Shown here: positions 47,684 through 57,847 of the stretch, piece by piece
Numbering within the stretch: the first letter of the stretch is position 1
Layout of the letters: the number at the start of each line of letters is the position of its first letter
NCBI GenBank assembly: GCA_029865825.1
Contig: JARXAQ010000248.1
Coordinates: 4,302-68,301, forward strand
Length of the DNA: 64,000 bases
Origin: Rhizobium sp.
Lineage (GTDB): Bacteria > Pseudomonadota > Alphaproteobacteria > Rhizobiales > Rhizobiaceae
Reading direction: 5' to 3'
Made by a program: the position numbers and the translations under genes
The notes under the pieces: generated by a model
Database searches by the model: none
The model's input: only the letters and a program-made list of their open reading frames with translations
What the model was told of the DNA's origin: nothing

Positions 47684-49090
47684 TCACTTCACGCTGATCG
47701 TCTCGTCCTCGGGCGTCCGGCGATAACCTGACACCGCCGAGCCGACATCACGCGCCAGGCCGAAAAAGGGCAGGATGGCGAAGACCGACAAGCCAGCGAC
47801 AACAGCGAATGCCAGATGAAAATCGCTGAGCGACAGCGTGCCTCCAGTCAGGCGCGTGCTCGCCTCCAGGATCGAGGCAGCTGTCGCCACGCCGAGCGCC
47901 AGGCTCACCTGCTGCAAAACGGAGGTCAGCGACGTCGCTTGCGAGGCTTGGCTGTCCTCTATCTCGGCATAACCCAGCGTGTTCACCCCGGTGAAGAAGA
48001 AGGAGCGGCAAAAGCCGCCGATCAGCAGCATCGTCATGATCAGGGCAATCGGTGTTGCCGGCGAAAACACGCTGTTGGCCGCAGTCGTGATCGCCCCGCC
48101 GATGCCGGCCGCAATCAGCAGGTTGCGGAACCCTGCCGCCGCGAAGGCGCGCCTGGCGATGAACTTGGTCGAGATCGCCCCGACTGCGGCGATGAAGGTG
48201 GTCATGCCCGACTGGAAGGCGCTCATGCCGAAGCCGATCTGCAGCATCAGTGGCAACAGAAAGGGCGTGGCGCCGGCAGCAATGCGGAACACCGTACCGC
48301 CGATGATGGCAGCGCGAAAACTTCTGTTGGCGAACAGCGAGAGATCGAGGAGTGGGGCAGGGTGGCGTCGCGCATGCCGCACATAGAGCGCGAGGCAGGC
48401 TATGCCAGCGAGCGTCGCGGTGGCGCCGACGGCAATCGGCAGGGCCGGCAGGCTCATGACCGAAAGACCGAAGACCAGACCGGAAGCAGCACCGGAACTC
48501 AGCGCAAAGCCGCGCCAGTCGATCGCCGCTGTCTCGATGGGCGGGATCTCTGGCAGATAGCGGCTGGAGAGAACGAGACCCAAGAGCCCGATCGGGATGT
48601 TGATCAGAAAAATCCAGTGCCAGCTGAAGAAGGTCGTGATGAACCCGCCAACGGGTGGACCGGTGATCGGGCCGAGCAGCCCGGGAATGGTGAGCAGCGC
48701 CATGGCTGAAACCAGCTCGCTCTTCTTTGTGGTGCGCAAAAGCACCAGACGGCCGACCGGCGTCATCATCGCCCCGCCCATCCCCTGCAGGAAGCGCGAG
48801 GCAACGAAGAAGAGCAGCGAATCGGAAATGGCACAGAGCAGAGAGCCGGCCATGAACACGAGGATCGCGGCGCGGAAGATACGTTTTGCGCCGAACCGGT
48901 CCGCCATCCAGCCGCTCACCGGAATGAAGATCGCGAGCGCCACCATATAGGCGGTGAGCGCGAGCTTCAGTGTGATCGGCCCGACGCCGAGATCAGCGGC
49001 GATCGTCGGAAGCGCAGTGGCGATCACGGTCGAATCCATCTGCTCCATAAACAGGGCGACGGCAAGGATCAGGGGCGTAATGCGGTTCAT
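47684..49090 (-). CDS. DHA2 (EmrB/QacA-like) MFS efflux transporter
   Basis: MEQMDSTVIATALP, ADRFGAKR, WIFLINIPIG. Confidence 0.92.
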   Translation of the reverse strand: MNRITPLILAVALFMEQMDSTVIATALPTIAADLGVGPITLKLALTAYMVALAIFIPVSGWMADRFGAKRIFRAAILVFMAGSLLCAISDSLLFFVASRFLQGMGGAMMTPVGRLVLLRTTKKSELVSAMALLTIPGLLGPITGPPVGGFITTFFSWHWIFLINIPIGLLGLVLSSRYLPEIPPIETAAIDWRGFALSSGAASGLVFGLSVMSLPALPIAVGATATLAGIACLALYVRHARRHPAPLLDLSLFANRSFRAAIIGGTVFRIAAGATPFLLPLMLQIGFGMSAFQSGMTTFIAAVGAISTKFIARRAFAAAGFRNLLIAAGIGGAITTAANSVFSPATPIALIMTMLLIGGFCRSFFFTGVNTLGYAEIEDSQASQATSLTSVLQQVSLALGVATAASILEASTRLTGGTLSLSDFHLAFAVVAGLSVFAILPFFGLARDVGSAVSGYRRTPEDETISVK

Positions 49091-49336
49091 CGGCATTCCG
49101 GAAGGACCGTCGGGGGATACGGCGCGTCTGGCCTCATAGCGCATTCGGGCCACCAGTGAAACCATATTGCCCCACCAGGCGTTCGGGTTGGCACAGACAA
49201 GTCCGCCCGGCTTGGCGGAGGGGCGGTCGCGCCCGCATCACGATGGTGTGAGAGAACTTTTCTCTCGCTCTGCCAAGCCTATTTCGCGTTCTGACCCTCG
49301 ATCCGGGGGAGAGGACTTGTCGTTGAGGAGATTTCC

Positions 49337-50326
49337 ATGGTTTCGATGAACAGACGAATGGTATTGGGCGGCGCCGGTTTTGCCCTCGCATCCCCGATGA
49401 TCATGACGCGCGCCGCTACGGCGCAACAGACGAGTGCCGACACATCGATGAGCATCGATCACGCCATGCCGCCAGAAACCCACCGATTCAACGTCGGAAA
49501 GTTCGAAGTCCTCGTTGTCAAGGATGGGTCGCGTCCCTCCGGCAACCCGCAGGAAACCTTCGGCACCAATCAGTCGCCGGAAGTGGTCGGCGCGCTGCTC
49601 GAGACGAATTTCCTGCCGGCGGATCAATTCGTCAACAGTTTTGCCCCCGTGCTCGTCAACACCGGATCGGACGTGATCCTCTTCGATACGGGCCTCGGTG
49701 AAGGTGGACGCGCCAATGGTCTCGGTCGCCTGGCAGAAGGTCTGACGGCCGCTGGCTACAAGCGCGAAGACGTCACCATCGTCGTCCTCACCCACATGCA
49801 TGGCGATCATATCGGCGGCCTGATGGAAGGTGGCCAACCCGCTTTCCCGAATGCGCGTTATGTCACCGGTCAGGCGGAATATGACTTCTGGGTCGATCCG
49901 GCCCGCGCCGGCACCCCGGCTGAAAATGGCCAGAAGGGTGTGCTCGCCAACGTCAAGCCGTTGGCCGACAAGACCACATTCATCGCTGACGGCGGCGAAG
50001 TCGTGTCCGGTATTTCCGGCATGGCGGCCTTCGGACATTCGCCGGGCCACATGATCTATCGTCTGGAATCGGAAGGCCGCCAACTCGTGCTCACCGCAGA
50101 TACCGCGAACCACTTCGTGCTCTCGCTGCAGCGTCCGGATTGGGAAGTGCGCTTCGACATGGACAAGGCGGCCGCAGCGGCCTCTCGCAAAAAGGTCTTC
50201 GACATGTTGGCGACCGACAAGCTCGCCTTTCTCGGCTACCACATGCCCTTCCCGGCGGTCGGTTACGTTGAGAAGATCGAAGAGGGATACCGCTTCGTGC
50301 CGAAGGCCTATCAGTTCGATATCTGA
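49337..50326 (+). CDS. Tat-exported MBL-fold metallo-hydrolase
   Basis: NRRMVL leader; THMHGDHIGG, GHSPGH, YHMPFP. Confidence 0.92.
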   Translation: MVSMNRRMVLGGAGFALASPMIMTRAATAQQTSADTSMSIDHAMPPETHRFNVGKFEVLVVKDGSRPSGNPQETFGTNQSPEVVGALLETNFLPADQFVNSFAPVLVNTGSDVILFDTGLGEGGRANGLGRLAEGLTAAGYKREDVTIVVLTHMHGDHIGGLMEGGQPAFPNARYVTGQAEYDFWVDPARAGTPAENGQKGVLANVKPLADKTTFIADGGEVVSGISGMAAFGHSPGHMIYRLESEGRQLVLTADTANHFVLSLQRPDWEVRFDMDKAAAAASRKKVFDMLATDKLAFLGYHMPFPAVGYVEKIEEGYRFVPKAYQFDI

Positions 50327-50374
50327 TCGCGTCTTTTAGAAAGGCCGGCCCGTGCGATCCGTCGCGCGGGCCTT

Positions 50375-50734
50375 TTAGTTCATGGGCGATTGTCTGCGCG
50401 CCGTAGGGTCATGCGCCGGGCCGGGCTGGGATCGGCGCAGTTCCTCGGCCGCGCAGCGCAGCAGGGCCACCATGCGATCCTCCAGCACCGCGTCGATGAT
50501 ATCGATGCCCGCGGCACGGAAATCGTCGCGAATGCGGTTGAGCAGCCCGGCATCGCCCGATGCCGCTGCCAGGGCCAGTTCGTCCGCATAGGCGTGCATG
50601 TCCTCGAGATCGAGCACCGCCGTCGCCCATTGCGCCATCAGCGCGATGCGCCGTGCGGACACTCTGTCGTCGAGGCCGCCGTCGCGCTGCTCGTCTTCCG
50701 CCACTGTGTCTGTATGCCGGTTGCCGATCGCCAT
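50375..50734 (-). CDS. ATPase inhibitor zeta (DUF1476)-like protein
   Basis: ARRIALMAQWA...AYA...IRDDFRAAGI...MVALLRCAAEEL parallels the zeta helical bundle; GGAG RBS. Confidence 0.65.
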   Translation of the reverse strand: MAIGNRHTDTVAEDEQRDGGLDDRVSARRIALMAQWATAVLDLEDMHAYADELALAAASGDAGLLNRIRDDFRAAGIDIIDAVLEDRMVALLRCAAEELRRSQPGPAHDPTARRQSPMN

Positions 50735-51021
50735 CGGATGATCTCCCGCGTCCGCCCCGCTGCACCTCCGGCGGGCCGATGGGTCTCATATCATGTCCGG
50801 CTTGCTGATTTATTGATTAGGAATATTGAATTTGCACGGCGTCGTGGCAATCCGGGATGCAAAGCCGGAACGCGCATCAACCCTGCAGGTTTTGCTATTC
50901 CCTTCCTGTCATGAACGTGTTACCAGCCCTCGCCAACTTCCAAGCATTTCTTGCAGAAGCGACCGAACGGGGATTCCCGTTTTCCGGGCGGATTCTGCCT
51001 ATTCAAACGAAGGATTTGGCA

Positions 51022-52512
51022 ATGGCACGCATCGTAATGTCGGCAACAGGCGCAGAAGCGCTCACCTTTGACGACGTCCTCCTGCAGCCGGGACACTCGG
51101 AGGTCATGCCGGGTCAGACGAATATCGCCACCCGGATTGCAAAAGACATCGAACTTTCCCTGCCGATTCTCTCCTCTGCCATGGACACGGTCACCGAAAG
51201 CCGGCTCGCCATCGCCATGGCCCAGTCCGGCGGTATCGGTGTCATCCACCGCAACTTGACCCCGATGGAACAGGCCGAAGAAGTCCGCCAGGTGAAGAAG
51301 TTCGAAAGCGGCATGGTCGTCAATCCGGTCACGATCGGACCGGAAGCGACGCTGGCCGAAGCCAAGGCCCTGATGGGCGCCCATGGCATTTCCGGCATCC
51401 CTGTCGTCGAAGGGGCGAGCCGCCCCGGCCGTCTCGTCGGCATCCTCACCAACAGAGACGTGCGGTTCGCCTCCGATCCGAACCAGAAGATCTATGAACT
51501 GATGACGCGCGAGAACCTGATCACGGTCAAGGACGGCGTCGACCAGCAGGAAGCCAAGCGGCTCTTGCACACCCACCGCATCGAAAAGCTCGTCGTCATC
51601 GACAACGAAGGTCGTTGCGTCGGCCTGATCACCGTCAAGGACATCGAGAAGTCGCAGCTCAACCCGCATGCCGCCAAGGATGCCCAGGGACGCCTGCGTG
51701 TCGCTGCCGCCATCTCCACCGGTGACGATGGCCGCGAGCGCGCCGAACGCCTGATCGATGCCGGCGTCGACGTCATCGTCGTCGACACCGCCCACGGTCA
51801 TAGCCAGAAGGTTCTGGATGCCGTTGCCGAAGTGAAGAAGATGTCGAACGCCATCCGCATCATCGCAGGCAATGTCGCGACGGGCGATGGCACCCGCGCG
51901 CTGATCGATGCCGGCGCAGATTGCATCAAGGTCGGCATTGGCCCGGGCTCGATCTGCACGACGCGGATCGTCGCCGGCGTCGGCGTTCCGCAGCTGGCCG
52001 CCGTCATGGCCGCCGTCGAGGAAGCCAACAAACATGGCATCCCGGTAATCGCCGATGGTGGGATCAAGTTCTCCGGAGACGTCGCTAAAGCGATCGCCGC
52101 CGGCGCGTCCGCCGTCATGGTCGGCTCCCTGCTCGCCGGCACGGACGAAAGCCCGGGTGAGGTTTATCTCTACCAGGGCCGCTCCTTCAAGGCCTATCGC
52201 GGCATGGGCTCCGTCGGTGCCATGGCGCGCGGCTCGGCTGACCGTTACTTCCAGGCGGAAGTCCGCGACACCCTGAAGCTCGTGCCCGAAGGCATTGAAG
52301 GCCAGGTTCCCTACAAGGGCCCGGTCTCGGCCGTGCTGCATCAGCTGGCCGGTGGCCTCAAGGCCGCCATGGGTTATGTCGGCGGCAAGGACATTCCGGA
52401 ATTCCAGGAAAAGGCGACCTTCGTGCGCATCTCCGGCGCAGGCCTGCGCGAAAGCCATCCGCATGGCGTGACGATCACCCGCGAGAGCCCCAATTACCCC
52501 GGCGCCGCCTGA
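51022..52512 (+). CDS. guaB: IMP dehydrogenase
   Basis: [11 protein letters not shown] pair, [19 protein letters not shown]. Confidence 0.98.
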   Translation: MARIVMSATGAEALTFDDVLLQPGHSEVMPGQTNIATRIAKDIELSLPILSSAMDTVTESRLAIAMAQSGGIGVIHRNLTPMEQAEEVRQVKKFESGMVVNPVTIGPEATLAEAKALMGAHGISGIPVVEGASRPGRLVGILTNRDVRFASDPNQKIYELMTRENLITVKDGVDQQEAKRLLHTHRIEKLVVIDNEGRCVGLITVKDIEKSQLNPHAAKDAQGRLRVAAAISTGDDGRERAERLIDAGVDVIVVDTAHGHSQKVLDAVAEVKKMSNAIRIIAGNVATGDGTRALIDAGADCIKVGIGPGSICTTRIVAGVGVPQLAAVMAAVEEANKHGIPVIADGGIKFSGDVAKAIAAGASAVMVGSLLAGTDESPGEVYLYQGRSFKAYRGMGSVGAMARGSADRYFQAEVRDTLKLVPEGIEGQVPYKGPVSAVLHQLAGGLKAAMGYVGGKDIPEFQEKATFVRISGAGLRESHPHGVTITRESPNYPGAA

Positions 52513-52540
52513 GTGTCGGCACCACTATTCGAATGACAGC

Positions 52541-52572
52541 AACGCCCGGGAGGGATCTCTTTCCCGGGCGTT
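52541..52572 (+). terminator. Hairpin after guaB
   Basis: AACGCCCGGGA...TCCCGGGCGTT. Confidence 0.6.
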
Positions 52573-52609
52573 TCCATGACCAGCATTTTTTCAAGGGAGA
52601 GTATTCCAG

Positions 52610-53023
52610 ATGACCGGTTACGAGATGTTCTGGCCAATGGTGGCTCATGGTTTCCTGATCTTCTGTCTCTATGGACTGCTCGTTCTGCGCCGGGCCGCCG
52701 TTGTCAGGGCCGGTAAGGTCGAGCGCAGCGCCTTCCAGGAGAACCGCGCCGAGCCCGAGGAAAGCCGCGTCGTCAACAAGGCGATCGCCAACCAGTTCGA
52801 ACGGCCCGTTCTCTGTTATGCCGTCTGCGTCCTGCTGTTCATGACCGAAGCCGACAACATCGTCGCCGTTGTGCTGGCCTGGTTCTTCGTGCTCGCGCGT
52901 TATGTCCAGGCCTTTATGCACGTCACCGGCAGGCTGCCGCTGCGGCGGGCTTCCTTCATGGTGGGTTTCGTCAGCCTGTTCCTCATGTGGCTCTGGCTGG
53001 TCGGCTGGATGGCCACCAGCTGA
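52610..53023 (+). CDS. MAPEG family membrane protein
   Basis: NQFERPVL...ARYVQA; about 4 TM segments. Confidence 0.85.
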   Translation: MTGYEMFWPMVAHGFLIFCLYGLLVLRRAAVVRAGKVERSAFQENRAEPEESRVVNKAIANQFERPVLCYAVCVLLFMTEADNIVAVVLAWFFVLARYVQAFMHVTGRLPLRRASFMVGFVSLFLMWLWLVGWMATS

Positions 53024-53101
53024 GGCCTTCACGGCATTTTGTCTGGGCGTTGGGCGCAGTCTGTCTATCTTCCTGCCAGCAACAGCCCGGAGGAGAAAGC
53101 C

Positions 53102-53977
53102 GTGTCGAAGCCCACTATCACCCAGCCGATGATTGACGCTTATGACGAATACACCCACCTGACCCTGGATCGCCGCGGCTTTATGCAGAAGCTGACGGCC
53201 CTGGCCGGGTCCGGAGCCGCAGCGGCAGCGATCATGCCGATGCTCGCCGCCAATTCTGCCAACGCCACCGTGATCGCCGATACCGACGAACGCCTCACGG
53301 TCGAAGACATCACTTATCCGGGTGCCGCAGGTGAGATGAAGGGATATCTCGCAATCCCCCGCAATGCCGAGGGACGCCTGCCGGCGGTGATCGTCATCCA
53401 CGAGAACCGGGGTCTCAACCCCCACATCCGCGATGTCGCCCGCCGCATGGCGCTCGAGGGCTTCGTCGCACTCGCCCCCGATTTTCTCTCGCCGAACGGC
53501 GGCACGCCGGAAAATGAGGACGAGGCGCGTAACATGTTCCAGTCGCTCGACATGGTGGCCACGGTCGCCAATGGCGAGGCGACCCGTGCCTTCCTCGCCG
53601 GCCATGACAAGGTCAACGGCAAGGTCGGCGCGATCGGTTTCTGCTGGGGCGGCGGCATGGTCAACCGCATGGCGGTCGCCTCGCCGGAACTGGGCGCCGG
53701 TGTCGCCTACTACGGTGCCCAGGCGCCGGCCGAGGATGTGCCAAAGATCAAGGCGCCGCTGATGCTGCATTACGGCGGGCTCGACGAGCGCATCAATGCC
53801 GGCATCGACGCTTACAAGGCAGCCCTCGATGCCAACGGCAAAACCTACGAGCTGTTCATCTATGAAGGCGTCAATCACGCCTTCAACAACGACACATCTG
53901 CCGCCCGCTATGACAAGACGGCAGCCGATCTTGCCTGGTCGCGCACGGTGGCTTTCCTGAAGAAGAACCTCGCCTGA
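53102..53977 (+). CDS. Dienelactone hydrolase family protein (YghX-like, Tat)
   Basis: DRRGF, HENRGLN, GFCWGG, HAFNND. Confidence 0.93.
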   Translation: MSKPTITQPMIDAYDEYTHLTLDRRGFMQKLTALAGSGAAAAAIMPMLAANSANATVIADTDERLTVEDITYPGAAGEMKGYLAIPRNAEGRLPAVIVIHENRGLNPHIRDVARRMALEGFVALAPDFLSPNGGTPENEDEARNMFQSLDMVATVANGEATRAFLAGHDKVNGKVGAIGFCWGGGMVNRMAVASPELGAGVAYYGAQAPAEDVPKIKAPLMLHYGGLDERINAGIDAYKAALDANGKTYELFIYEGVNHAFNNDTSAARYDKTAADLAWSRTVAFLKKNLA

Positions 53978-53980
53978 ACT

Positions 53981-54009
53981 TGATTGGGGCGTCTTTGGCG
54001 CCCCAATCA
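53981..54009 (+). terminator. Hairpin
   Basis: TGATTGGGGCG-N7-CGCCCCAATCA. Confidence 0.6.
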
Positions 54010-54036
54010 TGACGTTTCGATGAAATCATTTCCCGT

Positions 54037-54050
54037 TTGACACCGATCAA
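54037..54050 (+). promoter_or_regulatory. FNR/FixK box upstream of adhP
   Basis: TTGAC-ACCG-ATCAA, one mismatch to TTGAT-N4-ATCAA. Confidence 0.7.
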
Positions 54051-54144
54051 TCGCCTGCATCCCCAGCGCGCATAAGGTCCGGCCATACCCGCTCAGCCTG
54101 GCGTCTGCCGGCGGGCGAGAGGTCAGAAACGATGGGAGATTGAC

Positions 54145-55173
54145 ATGGCATCGATGATGAAAGCCGCCGTGGTGCGGGAATTCGGCAAGCCCCTGACGAT
54201 CGAGGAATGGCCGATCCCCGAACCCGGCCCGGGCCAGATCCTGGTCAAATATGAGGCGACCGGCGTCTGCCACACCGACCTGCATGCCGCCAATGGCGAC
54301 TGGCCGGTCAAGCCCAGCCCGCCCTTCATTCCCGGCCACGAGGGCGTCGGTTACGTCGCCAAGCTCGGCGCGGGTGTCTCCCGCATCAAGGAAGGTGATC
54401 GCGTCGGCGTGCCGTGGCTGCACACCGCCTGCGGCTGCTGCTCGCCATGCCGCACCGGCTGGGAAACGCTTTGCGGCAGCCAGCAGAACACCGGTTATTC
54501 CGTCAACGGCACCTTTGCCCAATATGGTCTGGCCGATCCCGATTTCGTCGGCCGTCTCCCGGACAATCTCGCATTCGGCCCCGCAGCGCCCATCCTCTGC
54601 GCCGGCGTGACGGTCTACAAGGGCCTGAAGGAAGCGGAAGTGAAGCCCGGTGAATGGGTCGTCATCTCCGGCATCGGCGGCCTCGGCCACATGGCTGTGC
54701 AATATGCCAAGGCCATGGGCATGCATGTGGTCGCAGCCGACATCTTCGATGACAAGCTGAAGCTCGCAAAAGACCTCGGCGCTGACGTGGTGGTCAATGG
54801 GACGGATGCAGACGCGATCCAGCAGGTGCAGAAGGCGACGGGCGGGGTGCATGGCGCGCTGGTCACGGCCGTCTCGCCGAAGGCCATGGAACAGGCCTAT
54901 GGCTTCCTGCGCTCAAAGGGCACGATGTCTCTCGTCGGACTGCCACCCGGTTTCATCTCGCTGCCGGTCTTCGAGACGGTTCTGAAGCGCATCACGGTGC
55001 GCGGTTCGATCGTTGGAACGCGTCAGGATCTCGAGGAAAGCCTGCAATTCGCCGGCGAAGGCAAGGTCGCCTCGCATTTCAGCTGGGACAAGATCGAGAA
55101 CATCAATGCCATCTTCCAGCGCATGAAAGAGGGCAAGATCGACGGCCGCATCGTGCTGGATCTCGCGGCCTGA
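54145..55173 (+). CDS. adhP: Zn-dependent alcohol dehydrogenase (propanol-preferring type)
   Basis: GVCHTDLH, PGHEGVG, CGCCSPC...C, GIGGLG, GSIVG. Confidence 0.93.
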   Translation: MASMMKAAVVREFGKPLTIEEWPIPEPGPGQILVKYEATGVCHTDLHAANGDWPVKPSPPFIPGHEGVGYVAKLGAGVSRIKEGDRVGVPWLHTACGCCSPCRTGWETLCGSQQNTGYSVNGTFAQYGLADPDFVGRLPDNLAFGPAAPILCAGVTVYKGLKEAEVKPGEWVVISGIGGLGHMAVQYAKAMGMHVVAADIFDDKLKLAKDLGADVVVNGTDADAIQQVQKATGGVHGALVTAVSPKAMEQAYGFLRSKGTMSLVGLPPGFISLPVFETVLKRITVRGSIVGTRQDLEESLQFAGEGKVASHFSWDKIENINAIFQRMKEGKIDGRIVLDLAA

Positions 55174-55192
55174 ACAACGATCCGCTAAAGGC

Positions 55193-55225
55193 AACTCACG
55201 GCGCGGCTTGTCCGCGCCGTGAGTT
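55193..55225. terminator. Bidirectional hairpin
   Basis: AACTCACGGCGCGG-CTTGT-CCGCGCCGTGAGTT. Confidence 0.7.
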
Positions 55226-55239
55226 GGATACAGACGCGA

Positions 55240-55716
55240 TCAGTCGACGGACTGGATGGTGATGACGCGGGGCAAGCTGCTGCTGCAGGCGCTGTCATCG
55301 CAGACCCCACTGATCCACACCTCGCCGTCGCCGAACATCAGACCCTCGCTGTTGACGAAGGCGCTGCCGTAATCCTGATTGCTCACGATGTTCACGATCT
55401 TGTCGGTGAAAACATCGTTATAGCTTTCCAGAAGTTGCCCCTCGTCCTCGAAAGTCGCATCTTCGCCACCGATGCTGATGGTAATCGGATAGGACACAAG
55501 ACTGACGGCAATCTCGGCTTTGCCTTCGGCAACGGCGCTCTGGAAGGCGTAGAAGAGCTCCTTGTAGTCGGCGGGATCACCCAGAAGGGTCTCGATCTGG
55601 CGATTGGTCTCTGCCTCGTCAGCTCGGGCAGCATCGATCCCGACGCTCGGGATCGAACTTACCAGCAGAAAAATCGCAAGCAGGGCAGGGCGAAGAGGGA
55701 AGGTCGGCAGCGGCAT
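55240..55716 (-). CDS. Secreted hypothetical protein
   Basis: Signal peptide (ARA); LVSYPI...FVNSEGLMFGDGEVWI; Cys pair. Confidence 0.78.
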   Translation of the reverse strand: MPLPTFPLRPALLAIFLLVSSIPSVGIDAARADEAETNRQIETLLGDPADYKELFYAFQSAVAEGKAEIAVSLVSYPITISIGGEDATFEDEGQLLESYNDVFTDKIVNIVSNQDYGSAFVNSEGLMFGDGEVWISGVCDDSACSSSLPRVITIQSVD

Positions 55717-55885
55717 GCGTGGTCGGTCCTCGGTCGGATGGATGGGTGCGATCGAACATTAGGCCAGAAGTCGTTCCGCCGTCGAATTACTTTTGGGGTG
55801 AATTCCTCAGGATCGACCAATCCGGAATGTGAACACAGCTTTGCTGTGTGTGCACTGGTTTGTGAAGCCACACCCGCCTATCTAT

Positions 55886-55897
55886 TGCAATGCAGCA
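55886..55897 (+). promoter_or_regulatory. PhaR/AniA-type box
   Basis: TGCAATGCAGCA inside the CTATTGC..GCAATAG dyad, 16 bp before ATG. Confidence 0.6.
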
Positions 55898-55913
55898 ATA
55901 GCCGGGGCCGACC

Positions 55914-57053
55914 ATGCCAGACGCCGTGACCAATTCCGAGACCGATCGCATCTTCGTCTTCCAGGGCGGCGGCGCCCTCGGGGCCTATCAGGCGGGTGCC
56001 TATGAGGCGCTACACGAGAACGAACTGGAGCCCGACTGGCTCGCCGGCATTTCGATCGGCGCCGTCAATGCGGCCATCATCGCCGGCAGCCCGCGCGAAA
56101 AGCGGATCCCCCACCTTCGAGACTTCTGGAACACCGTGTCGAGCAGTCTCGATTTCGGTTGGCCCGCCCAGGACAACACCCTGCGCCGCATGCAGAACGA
56201 TGCAGCGGCCATGGCAGCGACCGTGTTCGGCGTGCCCGGCTTCTTCTCGCCCCGCCTCTACACGCCCCAGCAACTGTTGGAGAACGGCGATACGCGTGTC
56301 AGCTATTATGACACGGCACCCCTGCTGAAGACCTTAGAGCGCCTGATCGATTTCGATCTGCTCAACGATTGCCAGACGCGGTTGAGCCTTGGAGCGGTCG
56401 AGGTGAAATCCGGCAACTTTGCCTATTTCGACAACCGTCAACACCGCCTCGATGTCCGCCATATCGCTGCCTCCGGTGCCCTCCCACCCGGCTTTGCCCC
56501 GGTGGAGATCGATGGCCGCTCCTATTGGGACGGCGGCCTCGTCTCCAACACGCCGCTGCAGCATGTCCTGAACGTCAGCGACGCGACCCGCGATCTGGAA
56601 ATCTTCCAGGTCGATCTGTTCAACGCGAGGGGCGACATGCCGCGCGACCAGTTCGAAGTGGAAAGCCGCGTCAAGGAGATCCGCTATTCCAGCCGGACCC
56701 GCATGAACACCGACGATTTCGCCCGCCGCCAGGTCGTCCGCCGGGCCGCGAAGCGGCTGCTGGAGAAACTGCCGCCGGAGTTTCGTGACGACGAGGACGC
56801 GAAGATCCTGCGCTCCATCGGGCAGGAATACGATGTCACGATCGTCCATCTCATCCATCGTCGGGCCTCGCATGCGACCCATGCGATGGACGTGGAGTTT
56901 TCCCGTCGCTCGATCGAGGAACACTGGAAGGCGGGTTATGACGATGCCAGTTACACGCTCAATCATCCGAAATGGCGTGGCCGCGGCCGGCCACGGGATG
57001 GGATCCAGATCTTCGACCTTGCCCGGGAGCGGCATCTGCACGTCGGCACATGA
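55914..57053 (+). CDS. Patatin-like phospholipase with DUF3734
   Basis: GGGALG, GISIG, DGG, FQVDLF, IRYSSRTR. Confidence 0.92.
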   Translation: MPDAVTNSETDRIFVFQGGGALGAYQAGAYEALHENELEPDWLAGISIGAVNAAIIAGSPREKRIPHLRDFWNTVSSSLDFGWPAQDNTLRRMQNDAAAMAATVFGVPGFFSPRLYTPQQLLENGDTRVSYYDTAPLLKTLERLIDFDLLNDCQTRLSLGAVEVKSGNFAYFDNRQHRLDVRHIAASGALPPGFAPVEIDGRSYWDGGLVSNTPLQHVLNVSDATRDLEIFQVDLFNARGDMPRDQFEVESRVKEIRYSSRTRMNTDDFARRQVVRRAAKRLLEKLPPEFRDDEDAKILRSIGQEYDVTIVHLIHRRASHATHAMDVEFSRRSIEEHWKAGYDDASYTLNHPKWRGRGRPRDGIQIFDLARERHLHVGT

Positions 57054-57195
57054 AAGGCCTGCACGACCATTTTTGTGCTAAAGCCTAGGGGTGGGGATAA
57101 GTACCAATCCGTTAACCATTTGGCGACGGTCCACGTCCTATTGATTTTTGCAGATGATCAAGGGAGCCGACGCATGATTTGTCGGTCAAAAGTCG

Positions 57196-57822
57196 ATGAT
57201 AGACCGTACGTCCGTGGTTCGCTTGGCGTTGCGCAAGTTGCCGCAACAGGAGCGCAGCGTCCAAAGGCTTGAAGCCATTCTCGACTCGGCCATGAGCCTG
57301 GTCCTGGAGAAGGACGTCTCGAGCGTCACCATGAGCGAGATCGCCCAGCGTGCCGGCATTCCGATCGGCTCGCTCTACCAGTTTTTCCCTCAAAAGGCGG
57401 CTGTTCTGAAAGCGCTCCACGACCGGCTGTCGATGGAAATCGAAGATCGGGTCAGCAAGCTCTTCACCGGCGTCACCTCGCTGGACGAGGCAGCCAGCCG
57501 TGGTGCCGACGCGCTCTTCGAACTGCATGCCCTGTTCCGCGAGCGCCCGATCTTCATGTCGATCTGGCAGGCGATCCAGGTCGACAAGGATCTCAGCCAC
57601 CTGTCGAACGACTATCACGAGCACCTGATTGGCCTGTTCCTCAAGGATCTCGCCCACCTCATCCCGCCCGACGATCTCGGTCAGATCAGGGTGACGCTGA
57701 AGCTGTTCATCATTACCAGTGGTGATGTCATTCGCTTTGCAACAAGTCAGGGGCCCGAGGCAGCGAGAATCTATCTCGAACGCTGGCACCAGATCGTGCG
57801 CAACTCGCTCTTCATCGTCTGA
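57196..57822 (+). CDS. TetR/AcrR family regulator
   Basis: PQQERS...TMSEIAQRAGIPIGSLYQFFPQK. Confidence 0.92.
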   Translation: MIDRTSVVRLALRKLPQQERSVQRLEAILDSAMSLVLEKDVSSVTMSEIAQRAGIPIGSLYQFFPQKAAVLKALHDRLSMEIEDRVSKLFTGVTSLDEAASRGADALFELHALFRERPIFMSIWQAIQVDKDLSHLSNDYHEHLIGLFLKDLAHLIPPDDLGQIRVTLKLFIITSGDVIRFATSQGPEAARIYLERWHQIVRNSLFIV

Positions 57823-57847
57823 CGGCCAGAAACGAACAGGCCCGACG

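Noticed and set aside
50844-50861. Sigma54 promoter (TGGCA...TGCA)
   Set aside because: GG-to-GC spacing is off by one base
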